Shown: positions 49,207 through 61,900 of the stretch, piece by piece
Layout of the letters: the number at the start of each line of letters is the position of its first letter
Numbering within the stretch: position 1 is the first letter of the stretch
Assembly (NCBI GenBank): GCA_030704615.1
Contig: CM060733.1
Location: 16,802,001 to 16,866,000 of the forward strand
DNA length: 64,000 bases
DNA from: Takakia lepidozioides
Taxonomy: Eukaryota > Plantae > Bryophyta
Direction: 5' to 3'
The notes under the pieces: model-generated
The model's database searches: none
Seen by the model: the letters and a program-made list of their open reading frames with translations, nothing else
Told to the model about the DNA's origin: nothing
Position numbers and translations under genes: made by a program

Positions 49207-52200
49207 TCAAGTGGTTAGGATCTCAGGGAGCACATTCGAGAAGGTGCCCAGTACTTTTGCTTTGGTGTCTGGAAAACACGTCATGCCTGGTAACTCGGAC
49301 ACGGTACCATCATTGGCCACGGCAATGGGGTATGTCAGCAAATGACCTGGTAAATCCACCACAGCCTCCCCAGCAAACATGTCCCACAACTGGTCACCAA
49401 TGTGGTTGACTTTGCGTATGCATTCCAAGCTCCAGGGCTGTAAAAATGCATTGTCCAGTTTGCCCATGTGTTCATACCAAAGAGACATGCGGAATCCGTG
49501 AATGTGTGAGCGAGGGGGCTTCTGCACATTTAGGTGGAAGGGCTGGTAGGCCCCCATTGCAGTTTCTGAGTCCCGAGCTCCATCCATTGACCGCTGATTT
49601 ATGTTGGCTGACCCTATAATTATGTACTCGTCATCCACTGCAAAATACATACAACATTGTCGACTGCATGAGGATCCTCGTGAGACAACCAGACTGTACA
49701 TCAACTTTGCATATTCCACCTTACAAACCTATGCGACGCTAAGCCCTGCTCACCGGTCTTACTGGGCATTAGCGGCCAAGGCTGCCCAGCCGCTGCAACA
49801 CCAAGCATGGAAGCCAAAATAACAGGGAGAAACAATTTCTTCACGTTGGTCATTCACAGTGAAGGGATTAGCTCCACTCTCCGCAATGATTGCAGGCAAA
49901 CTGATCATCAGGAAGAAGTCAGGAATCCTGCTGGAGCTTCAGAGTATGTGGACGGATCAAAGACAGAATGTCAGAAGTAAGAATTATGGAGCTCACCAAT
50001 CATCATCTTGGCATGCACATAGATCATGAACCGCCGGCTGTCCTGTGCCCTTTTGTAGTTGCTTCCTTCTTCTGGACTTTTAGTTGGCACAAGATCTCCC
50101 TCATGCTGTGTTTCTCTGTTGCCTAAACAAAAGAAGGTGAGGTAATCCTTAGGGTTCTGGTCCTCAATCTGCTTCGCACGCAGTGCAATTGCTATCTCTT
50201 TATACATCATCTCCATCGTCTTCTTCTGCCAATCAAGAATTGCCTGGACAGAACCACTCTCAGGTGCACCTTCAGGCCACATGGGTACCACAATGTAAAC
50301 TGTAAAGCGTTCCCCTGCCTCAATTTTGCTCACAATTTTGCGTGTTAGCTCCATGGGGATTAGATGCAGGGCTCCAACATTCTTTCCATCCGCCCATCCA
50401 AAACAGCTCCCCAGGAAGTACTGGTTCTCAATGTAAATGAAGTCCTTTGCCCGCCTGATTGCATTGATGTAAGCATCCTGAATACTACGATCAATGGTAT
50501 TGTCTTTCCCACTCACCAAGCCAGCCTTTGCTGCACGTTCCGGATCCTCTGGGAAGCCAAATGCCGCACCTGCATCCAACTCCACACTGTTAATTCCTTC
50601 AGTGTGCTCAGAATTGCACCCAGGTATCACACACTTCACCTTCAGAACTGAAAACGTATCTTCCCAATTTAGCATCAAACAAAGGCTTCACAGATGACAG
50701 GACCTGCATCAATTGATCGGAAGAGCTGCACGTGCCACGTATCAGGGTCGTCCTCTGAGGTGACAGCAGAGGGAGGATCCATATCTTGAATAGAGCCGAC
50801 AGGTATCAGCAACGATTGTCGCTCCTTACCAGCCTGCAATTTCCACCGTTGCTCAAAGTTGAAGAGCACGTCCCATGCCACTGGACCTTCGATCCTACAG
50901 TGTATGTCATGCCATGGCTCTCGTGGCCCGCCCAGTTCCAAGCTGGCCCCTGCAAAGTTGGGCTGGTGAAAGTCCTTGCTGTGGACATTATTAAGTGTAT
51001 GGAAGATGGAGTGGTATTGAGTGTCATAGCGGCCATCGCAAAGGTCAATACCTCCCACGAAACTCATAATTCTTCGTTGCCCAGAATTCTGGCCAGGGAC
51101 AGGTGCATCCACAATGATAGTTTTCTGATGGTGGGTAAACATTGCACCAACAGTCAATCCCTGAAAGATGCTCATACTATCGTCAGGATTACGTGGGCAA
51201 AGAAAACAATTTACATTGGTACCTTGGAAGTAGACCTCAGTGTCCTCATCATGGGTGGCCATCAACCCATCTCTGTGTAAGAAATCAACTGAAGTTCGGT
51301 CATCCCAAACTAGCAGGTTCACTCTCACTCCCTCATCAGCCTTGCGCTTCAGAAGTTCTCCCAGTGTCACACCATCACTGCCCTCAATTGGCCTATGAGG
51401 ATCCCGAACTAATGTAATTTCAGTGTAGACAGACCACCCTGTGATGTAGATCAGGTGGCGTGCATTGTTAATGGCCTCGAACACATCTTCCCAGCAATGG
51501 GTTGGTTGATGAGTTCTATTCCCTGACATATGCACAGGGGGTAGAAAATTGTCAGGCATGTGAGAATCCTGGTACAGGGTGACCCGGCAACCCTTTCGCT
51601 GTGGATAATAGCAGTAGGGCACACCCAGATACCGTGCGTCTCGAATACCCAATCCCCACCTGGGATCACGAGAGGCCTCAAAAAACTGCAGACGAAACCG
51701 GAGGCGTGCATGACGGAGCTCGTCGCCATCATCCTTATAAAGTGGATACCAGTCATCAACTACCTTCCCTGACAATAACTCAGAAGCAGGAACTTTTGCG
51801 CGGCCTACTACAGCAGTACCCACAATGGCATCATCCTTGATGGAAATTTGCACATCAGACACGCTGTGTGCGGAGTAAATACGAAACGACTCATTCCACA
51901 CAGGATCTCTGGGCTCGCCGTGGAGGATTCGGGTGCGCCCAACCCTTGCTGACCCTAGATCCACAGTTGCATAATACTTGCTCTCGCCCTTTCCAATATT
52001 AAGTACTTCTTCTGCACCCTCCATCAACTACCATCCCAGCCCAATAGCTCCAATATTAATGTGGAACCAACAAGAAATGATTCACTCCACAACTAGCTGC
52101 ATCAAAGGCGGTATAGAAGATCAGGCACATGTGCTAATATTAACATGCACAATTCGCAGAATGTTGTACTACAAATCTCTGTTACCTTACTCCAAACTAA

Positions 52201-54105
52201 AGGGAAAAGAGGCCACCTTGAAATCCACTTACAGGACAACACCGCACATGCACAGTGTCATCAAATGATCTTCAGACTCCCTGTTAAAACTGTTGTTACA
52301 ATGGTAGGCTAATACAAGCCATACCCCTAGACATACACTGATAATCAAGTACAGATCCCCATGTAAAGAAACAATTTTACGGACATTTTCCTTTAAGCAA
52401 ATCCTATTGCCACTTCTGCATGGAACATGGCCTGAAATTGAATTAGCTCCATGGTTTGTATGGCTAATGAAAAGCTTCCAGGAACATGATATCCTTACAA
52501 GTATTGTGATATCTCCATACATACGGTTGAAGGTGGACAAAGGAAGTACTGAGAAGATCTGATGTTTGGTTAAGATAGATTTTCAGAAGAAAGCTAGAAA
52601 CAAACTACAAAGAAAAGAAAAACAGGGACAAGAAAAAAGATAAAAGGAACAAAAAGAATCAAGGACAGAATAGAATGTACTCATCAGACGTTGTTTGCCG
52701 TAGCCTTGTGGCCATCGACCCCGCGCCCAGTTTGAGCGGAAACCAAAGGGACAGAACCTACCTCTGTCAGGGACTGACATTGGTAGTAAGACATACCTTT
52801 ATAAGTAGTATTAATTCAGGTTATCCAGATATCCTCTAGAAATCCCTTCACACAAGCATCAATCTGCTGTGTGTGATTTGCCCAAAAACTAGGCCTCAGA
52901 AGGGCCTGGGCTTTTGGCTCAGCCTCGAGACTTTCAAAGTTGGTAAACAGAGGTACAGGCACAATTCTCTTGATAGATTGGAGGAGAGCTTCTCTCTGGT
53001 GAGAATACCCCGGACAGTGAATCAGAAAATGAATATTGTCTTCGGGTTGTCCACACAACGGGCAATTGCACTCTCCCTTTCCTCTCTGCTTCTGTTTACT
53101 GTTCAAAGGTAGGCTTCCTGCCCTGAGTTTAAATTTCAGTCTGGTGCCGAGAGTGGGTAGACCCTTGAGGTCATCCATGATATCCTCCCCCATGTCACAG
53201 ACTGGAAACAGGTTCAGGTGCCTAACGTCATTTGCATCAGACAATTTGCTGGTAACAGACATGGCTTTGGACACTACAGTCTCTAAGGACAGAATAGATT
53301 GTACTCATAAGACGTTGTTTGCCGTAGCCTTGTGGACATTAAGGACAGAATAGACATGGATACAAACAAAACAACAAACACAGATTTGCCTTGACCCCAC
53401 ACACAGAGAATTGTGGTATAGTCTTGGTGACTGCCTCTCCCCAATCCATGGACCAAGGAGAACAACAACATGTATGGTAGTGACAAGCCACCATCACTTC
53501 CCCACCAACTTCGTCAGCTCCCGACAATGGGTGGAGGTTTACGCACAATGCACAACCAACATACTGACTTTGTCACATTTCCAGAAATAATGGGAAAACT
53601 CGGTCATGTTGTTGGCTCTCACTTAAACAATGTGCAAGGAAACAATCCAAAGAAGACCAAAAAAGTGAACACGTGATGGGATTAATAATGAAGAAGAGAA
53701 AGAAGAGAAGAAAACAGACAAGAGAAGGTGGAAGAGATGAAGGGGTAAGTGAAACCCCTGTAGCTTGCAGAGCATACCCACTTACGGGTTTGGGTCTCAA
53801 ACTGAAGGAGGTTAATGATACAAAACAATTTCCAGTAACAGCTTCCTTTGGTAGCTAAACTTTCAGATAACACAACAGATTGCAAGTAAATTTTCGACTA
53901 GAAAGTGCATGGGCCAACATGTGTATGAAAAGGAGAGCAAGGTACTGGCTATCTGGCACAAAATCCAGACAAAATTGCCGTATTGCAACAATCTCACCTT
54001 TCTGAAGAACCTGGGGGCCCCACCTGTCTTGCGCTCAGGATTGATAATGTTTTCTGCCTCATAAATGGTAACATGCAGAGTTCCATGCAACAGATACTGA
54101 GCCAT
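49207..54105 (-). CDS. PLDalpha: Phospholipase D alpha (C2-PLD), ~811 aa; exons 54105-53998, 52027-50704, 50569-49997, 49637-49207
   Basis: [18 protein letters not shown]2 start, HKD1 [22 protein letters not shown]2 HAKMMI|[14 protein letters not shown] and C-terminal PEILTT. The spliced length of 2436 nt is in frame. Confidence 0.95.
52590..53240 (-). mobile_element. 5'-truncated LINE 3' end in PLD intron 1
   Basis: [11 protein letters not shown] and a C-terminal CCHC finger [17 protein letters not shown]. Same family as 3290-3560. Confidence 0.75.
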
Positions 54106-56256
54106 GGTTCCTGTCTGTTACATAACCGCAAATCAATCATCAGCCGCAAACACCACATCATCTGTGCAAATGTCAATGGAAACTCTTTAAACCAGTCAAT
54201 TGAAGTGCTGAAGTACAAGACATCTGAAAGCCATTCCTTGATGTAGGCCATTAGCTAGAAATGAAGTTCCAGCTCAATATCTAGCAACTATGTGGTTGCT
54301 AATGCAGCGCAGCCTTAGTCATGTATTGTAATAAATCCATGTACCATTATCATGTAGTATGATTAATGCAGTAACTCGTGCTTAGCAGACACAGTATCGC
54401 ATATTTAACGTACTCCCCACAAAGACCTTGCACGTTTGTGTGTACTTCCAGCCACCGCATTCTACCTCTTACTCGCTTCTCTCCTCCCAGACTCTCTTAC
54501 CTTGAATCACATTTAAGCAGGCATCCCACTTCTGCGCATCTCGATAATGCACGTGTAGGCAGTAAGCGGTTACCTCTTCCTACCTTCCCCCTCTGTATCG
54601 CTCCGTCTATGCCTCTGTCTACCTCTTGTTCTGTTTCTGTAAGCACCTCTCACGAACAGACCCGCACAAGGCGCTTGCTGATCTACTGCTTTGTACCTAC
54701 CCCTATGTCCTCCCGCCTGTTTAACAGCATCGCATATCGTCATCAATTATACATGCATTCACAAGACTGGCGTGTTGACGGTTCCCCGTCCTGCTCTACC
54801 CGCTTGTCCACCCAGAGAACGCCCCATCCCCTCTGCTCTAGATCCTCACAGTCTCCACCGTCATGCTTTCAGGTAGTCCGCTCTCTATGTAAACAAGGCT
54901 TCAACAGGACTACCAGCACACACACGCACACATACCTGAGCAATGCGCTTCCTTGACGTGAGCTGTTGTGCACCTCGACTCCCTCTCTCTGAAAATCCCG
55001 CTGCTTCAAACGAGACTTTGCTTTCTTCACACTCTCAATCCAAACACTTTACCTCCGAAGTGCAGTTCTCTCCGATATAAGACAACTTCCTGTTTCCGAA
55101 AAATCAGAACCCCGCCAACTTCTCTCAAAGACTTTGCTTTCTCTACTCTAATTCCAGACTTAACTCTCTCTCTCTCACACACATCTACTCGCCGAATGAC
55201 GCCTCTCTCTCTCAGATTTCACATAAACCACTTCCTTGGACTGAATCTGAGCACTGCCTACAATTTCCCTCTCAAAGCTAAGCATCCGAGATCTGGCATT
55301 TACTTAGTGACAGCGATAAGAGAGAACGCGGTGGTGCGTGCCAGCCCAGGTGGCCCTCACTAGGTTACTATCTCGTGGGCACCGGTGTTTGCAGGTCAGA
55401 CACGGATCGAAACCGGTGACCTCTGTGCCCCACGTGGAAACGTGTCAGAAAGCTACTGGAGTACTCTCCGTCGAAGCATCTTGCCAACATTCTATCTGGT
55501 AACAGACTCAATACGATCTGCGGTTCGATTCCAAAAAGCGCAGGAAGCTTACTAACCGAAAGCCCTTATTAGGTATTAATATGTACCCCCCAATTGAGTG
55601 AAAAATGAAAGTGAACGCGGAGTGGATATCGAGAGGCTGTCGAAATATATCGGGCACCTGCCCCGCATTACCATAGCACGCGTTTCTAGATGGCGACGAC
55701 TTATGTGAAAGCTGTGGTGGTTGGCCATACTTGGAGTTCAAGTGAGAGTGCAAAGTTGAGAGAGAGGTAGGTACCTACATGCGTACAGGAAATGGCGAGT
55801 ATAGGAAATGTGATGCGAGGTATCCTAAAGACGTCCAAAAGAGGATCATACTGCTGCAGACAAAACCGGACAAATTCTAGTGGTGACTGAAGGTCGCAGA
55901 CTAGTTTAGTGTAGAGCAGGAATAGGTGTCCTTGTGCCACATCATCATTGCCACATTTCGTCCTCGTCAAAGTTTTTAAGTTTTTTGAACCTGCTTAGAC
56001 TACCGCAAAAAATTGAAAATAACTTCTTGAGGTATATTAAGCTTCTAGAACTGGCTGAACGGATTTTCATGGAGGTGTTGAGTCCTTTGATGATGGTACG
56101 ACATATAGAGAGAGAATGTACTCGCAAGGCATTGTTTGCTCAGTGTTGTAGCTTTGTGGGCCATCAACCCTATGTTGAGTTTTTGTGAGGAACAAAAGGA
56201 AACAAATGCTATCTTTGTGATGGGCTTACTCTAGTAGCGTGACTCACCTTAGTATA

Positions 56257-56981
56257 AGGTAGAAACACCTAAAATGGAGCTGGTACCCAAAACTGACACC
56301 TAGAAAAATACATAAAACTAACCATATGCCTTCTTTAAAAGGTGCTTTGATCACAAGTGGTCCAAATTAGGTCATGTGGTGGGCCACAATGGAACTCCAA
56401 TGAACCCTTTTAACTCATACATGCTCATGATGACACCACTTAATGGACAAGTTAATAACCACCGGCGCGCACTTTGAGAGCATTATCAAGTGGAGACAAG
56501 AAGAATGAATCTTAACATGTAGGAGGGGGGATCACATTCCGTCCCAATTGAGTTTCACCTAGATCAATGAGGATTGAGTTTAATCCAAATGGACCTTGAG
56601 CTCCTTTTTCTTTAAGGTGGGAGGTTATTTTAAGGTTAATAAATGGTTATGTTAGTTGACTGACATTGTCCATGTATGTTACTATGTTGTTTAATCACTA
56701 AAGTGAAAGAGGATGCACACTTTTTGGGCACCTTTGGCTCCATACAAAGTGTACTTTTTGAACTTGCTGTTCAAAACAGTACCCCCTACTGGTCCATTCA
56801 AGGTTATTCCATGATTTCACATTGAATATTCACCAATACTACAAAATAATTCGGAATTTATTTATTTATTTTGCATTAAATTTAATTTCTATGTGCCCAC
56901 ATCAGAAAAATATATACGAGGACACTGCACACCTGAAACTGCACACATTTCTTAAATGATCCATTTTAGGTGTTTCTACCT
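56257..56981. mobile_element. MITE, ~725 bp, TA-flanked (Tc1/mariner-like)
   Basis: Perfect 22-bp TIRs AGGTAGAAACACCTAAAATGGA / TCCATTTTAGGTGTTTCTACCT with TA on both sides. Confidence 0.8.
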
Positions 56982-57829
56982 TAGATATCTTTTCACACAG
57001 GCTTCATACAAACACCAACTTGCTGTGTGTGAGCTGCCCAACAATTATATTCCAACTCCCATCCTGAGTTAGAATTTCAGTCTAATGCAGAGTGAGAGAG
57101 ACAAAACTCCATGCTGACCCTCCGGGAAGATGTCATTGTCGCTAGATTGTATAGCCAAAGAGGGCAACAAATGCTCACAATCGGGAAATTGAAAGTTGGT
57201 AACATTTGTACTCTTATATTAAAGGGGTCGTTTTTCAGCTGCCTGGACCTCTCACAGACATATGCGTGTAGAAATACAACCCCACTTGAAAATGGCTTCG
57301 ATAAACGTACGTTTTTCCCTGCAACAGACCAAAAGACAGTTTGGTTGAAGGCCATGAGTTGCTCACACAATATGAACATACACATTTTCTAAGTGTCAGG
57401 CTCGAGATAGCTCCCTCAAAGAATGAACCCTTGTTCTCAGCCGCATGCACCTAAGCCACAACATACATCGTTGTCCACTACATTTATGTGGCATAGCTCT
57501 TTGAGTTTTGTGGCACAATGCTTAGGTGCACAACAATGTTGATATTCATTTCAATTTCAATATGATTTACTTTTTACTTTTATTGATGAGTAATTATAAT
57601 ATATTAATATATCAACATTTGTTACTGTCCAAAATATACATTAAACACAGAATATAGGTAAATTGAAATGTGCTTATTATGAAATCAAAGTAATATTTGA
57701 AAGCGCTACAATATTTATATTGAATATGTGAAGAAACGAAAGAACGACAAAGAAATATTAGACCAGATTTGACAAAAATGATTTTTATAATTCAGTTGTT
57801 TCTTTTTCCGGGCAATCCGGGCAGCTTCA

Positions 57830-58006
57830 AGAAATAAAAATATATGTAGACGCCTCCCGAAGGCAGCGTAAATTATGGTGTCGCTTCACCACAGGGGCTA
57901 CTGCCTTCCAGCTGAACGGTGGACACCTTCATGACACACCATACCGTGGTTTGAACCCACAACCACATCCAACTTGGTAAGTGCCCATTACCACTGGGCT
58001 ATGTGC
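57830..58006 (-). mobile_element. tRNA-derived SINE-like element
   Basis: On the minus strand, Pol III A box TAGCCCAGTGG (58002-57992) and B box GGTTCAAACC (57957-57948), followed by a non-tRNA body and T-rich tail. Confidence 0.6.
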
Positions 58007-58270
58007 TAGTTGTTGGTAGTTTCAAGAATGTATGTTGATGTGGGTCCGAAATGCGACCATGATGATGTGGTAGAAATGACGTTTTTTATTTTCTTATTTT
58101 TTTTAAAGTTCCAAGCCATGTGGGGAGCTTTAAAACAAGTGATCGCAATGACATGGCATGTGGCACTACGACATCCTATTCCTGCTCTACACAAACTAGT
58201 CTTTGACCTTCGGTTGTCATTAGAATTTTCCAATATAGTGGTGAATTGGTTCGCATTATGTCTAATGGTT

Positions 58271-58755
58271 TGTAAAGGCTTGATTCCGACCTACTTGCTT
58301 TTGGGCATGGATGAATGAGATCGCGAATGGAGCAAGATGGGGACAACTCATCCAGGGTAACGAATGGCGCGTAGGATGATGCTCTCAGTTAGTCCTAGAT
58401 GGATGATGACGGAGTAGCCATTACGTATTAGATGCCGGAACAGTTGGCTACGATTAAGTTGATGTTGTCTTTAGTTAACAGTTAGATTGGGATTAGATTA
58501 GGTGAGGTGGCCTGATTGTGTGGCCTAGCTGGGATGGCATCTGACCAGCCAATTAATGACGGCCGTTTGGCCGAGATAGGATTACATGCTTAAGTACTAT
58601 ATAAATCAAAGCACTCAAGGAATCGGGGTGGTGGATTTTGGTCACAGATCTTGTACGGTGTACCTTGGAAGTGTTTGGATGAATGTGTATGAGTAAGATT
58701 AATCTTTGTACTAGGTTCCATCCTATCAAGCGTGTCACTGCCCTACTGTGCTACA
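58271..58755 (+). repeat. Candidate 5' LTR of the downstream Gypsy element
   Basis: TGTA...TACA ends and internal TATATAAA (~58598). No second copy in the window to confirm it. Confidence 0.3.
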
Positions 58756-58991
58756 ACCCTCATACTGGTAATACTGGACTGAAAGGGGGAATATATCCCC
58801 GACCCCGGAATCTTGGTGGAGATGGGGGCAGTTTATCTGTTACTATGGATGTATGAACTAATCATTTTCAGGTGCTGGTGTTGTGCAGGGAGGATAAGAT
58901 ACAGCCGTTAGCAAGCACGATGGCGGCGGCTTATACTTCTTGCTTCGTCGTTTTTGTTTTTGGTTTGTGCAACTTGTGTTGATTCTGTCTA

Positions 58992-61900
58992 ATGTGCGTG
59001 ATGGCGTCTCCTTCCCACTTTGAGCCGTTGTTTTCTGAGATTACTCCTGAGTTCAACTTTGAGCTTACTTTTTTACATGAATTACGAGTCCGTCTGAATG
59101 AAGATATCTGCAAATACGCTCCTGTTGATAACAAGGAAGCATGGACACGTGAAGAAATCGTGCTGGACACTCCCTCTGATTACTGGATTACCAAGTTCGA
59201 CGAGGAGGCTGCAAAAATTGCAACCACTGCCGCTAAAAAACGTGAACAAAAGCGCAAAGTGGACGAGGCACTGCAGGGGGCTTGGGCTGGGAAATTGTTG
59301 CAGGAATTGCATGCGGAGGAGATTGCTTAGAGAATCCCATTTTCAGTGCTCAAACGACGGATGAATGCTGGTGAACGATTCAGCTGGGCGGAAGTGGGTG
59401 TTTCTAAGTTGGCAGTTTCCCTTGAGCTTGGCCGTGATTTGGAGAGCTTCTCGCATCCCAACAGGCCTTGTCCTTTGCGGCTTTGGGAATTTGTCAAGGG
59501 TGGCACGGCTATTGTATTTTCCAATCTTCGTGAGGCCAAGGTTACTACGGCTGCTACTGATCCGACCTGGGAAGAGGTAGTCGTTGGGGTGCTTGAGCAA
59601 CACTTTTCTTATTGTGCCACGGACGTAGTGATCTTCCTTGGCAAAAGCTTCAAATACGAACGCGTGGGGCTCAGTCACGTGGCGGAAGCTGCGGAGTACC
59701 CTCCACATACCCTGATTGTCAAGGAACGTATCATCCGCTCCATTGCCAAAGTCTCATTTTGGCTCAAATCAGACAGGGAAGTTTGGGATCAGTTGGGTGA
59801 GGTGGTCTATCTTTTGCCCAAACACAAGTACATCAGTTGCCACTGTGTGGCGAACTGGGAGGAGTTCCTTCAAGCTCCAACGGATCGGAGGTAAGCTGTA
59901 TTGGTCCTGCCCATGTCTGTCTACACTAGGGCCATGCTGGAAAAAGAAGCAGAAGAGATGGTAGGTTTAAGTGAATTTGAAGCTAGAAGAGAGAGAGAGT
60001 TAGTTGCTGACAAGAATGAGATCTCTCAAGCTGAAGAATCTATTGATCAGGGAGGGGTAGCAAAGGATAAGGTCACTCAGGAGCCAGCTCTTGATGTGGA
60101 GGAGCTTTGTGAGGCCATGGGTGTAGTGTCCAATTGTCCGCCTTTAATGAAAATGTTGATTCTGCAAAACACCCTTCTGTCTACTGCTGGTAAACCCCCT
60201 GACTATACAGAGAAAATGCACAAACAGCCATACCCTGATTTTAACTTAGGGGATGATTTTGAATCGTTTTTGGAATTCTTTGATATCATTAGGGAGATCA
60301 ATTCTGTTCCATCTCGTTTTGTTGTTAAGGCTTTTCCGGGTGTGCCTGAAAGGTGAGGCTCGTAAGATTTTTGAGTCCAACATCAAAGGTAAGACTGAGC
60401 TGCCTTGGGAAGAGGCAAAAGCATTGGCAGGAAGGTTGTTTCGAGAGTCCAAGCCCATGGCCTACACCGTGCCCGAACCAACCTTCGTCCCTGGTGACAG
60501 TTTAAATGGAAATATTACACTGATCTTCGCACAATGGTGTGTAAGGGCGTTGACGACCCTATTGAACGGACTGCCATACTGAAACATTGTTTCATCAAGG
60601 GCTTGCCACCAGCAGAAAGAGTTTTTCTACAGAAGCAACATTATCATCATGAAGACAAGATGGTTAGACTCTTGGAAGAAAGGCTTAGATTAAAAGCTGC
60701 AAAGGCTGGTGTACCCCACACTTCCCCCGCCAAGGCTACCCATTTATTGGCCAGCTCTTGTGGTACTAACATTTCTGATTCTCATGAAGGGGGGAAGCTT
60801 TGCACAAATGAGCTACTTCCTCCATTGTACAGCCGGAGCTGCACCAATTTCGTAGTGAGGTGCAAGACCAAATTTTGGCCATGAAAAGTGAAATAACCCG
60901 ACGTACCTCGGATTTTGATGACCATCATGTTCAAGGTAACAAGCCTACTGGTTCTTGTGGCAAGCCTCAAGCAGGTCAGAGGTATGTGAACAAGGCTTCT
61001 TTGCCTGCTTGCATGATTTGCAAATCTACTGAACACTATACTCGCCGGTGCCCGTTTCAGCCAGATTTACCAGCTTAAAGAGAAAAAGGGTTTAAACAAT
61101 GGAGGTCGCCTGTGAGGGTGCCAGACGATCGTCCCCAGAACCCTACCTTTGTGGTAAGTGCGGTCCTTTTTCAAGATTTTAAGTTGTTACACTGTGAATC
61201 GCTTCACAGGCCTAGTAAGCTCCGTGTTAACCCGCTGATCATGACACAATGCCATGTTGGCCATCTGTCTTTTTCCTGCATTATTGACACTGGTTGGACA
61301 ATTTCTGCTATACCCCTTAGTGTTGTTCGTGTGTTGGGGTTTAGACTACAATCTGCTAAGGGGCTGGAGGTAACCATTGCACATGGCACAGCCTATGAGC
61401 TTCTTGGGTTGGTCACTTTACCTATCCGCATTAGTGGCAAGACTGTTACTCTCACGTCCATCGTCACCCTGGGCGAACAGTTTCTACTTGGTTTAGACTG
61501 GATGAAGCCAGCTGAAGCCAACATTGATCTTGTTGACATCACCATGTGTCTTCACAATGGCAAAGGCCAAAGGTAAGCCTTTCCCATGTTTCTCTTGTTG
61601 TGGGCACCTCTATGGCCAATTTTGCTAAATTGAAGCTACAGGCTGCTAGCATGCGAGAACAGGTGGGTTTACATTATAATTGGGCACGATTTAGTCAATA
61701 TGAAGTTGTTGATGGGTGTCTTCATCAATGGCAATTTCCCTCACAAGGTCAGAAAAGAGGACCCCTCTGCCCGTTCCCAAGAACACATTGTTGCTTCGCT
61801 CCCCTATTGACTTTGTTCTGTCTGCCTTCTCTCAGCATATAGTGCCATCAGGGTTAGCATTTGTATGCCCTAAGGGGCACTTTCTGGAAGTGGAAGGCTG

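Noticed and set aside
4325-54105. ALS3, peroxidase and PLD as an aluminium/stress gene cluster
   Set aside because: Only a loose thematic link. The genes are separated by about 40 kb of TEs and no shared regulation is visible.
54378-55363. ORFs 54378-54956 and 54968-55363
   Set aside because: S/P/L-rich with no motifs, non-ATG starts, and antisense to the PLD 5' UTR intron/promoter.
57940-58006. Functional tRNA gene
   Set aside because: A and B boxes are present, but no convincing acceptor or anticodon stems were found. A SINE head fits better.
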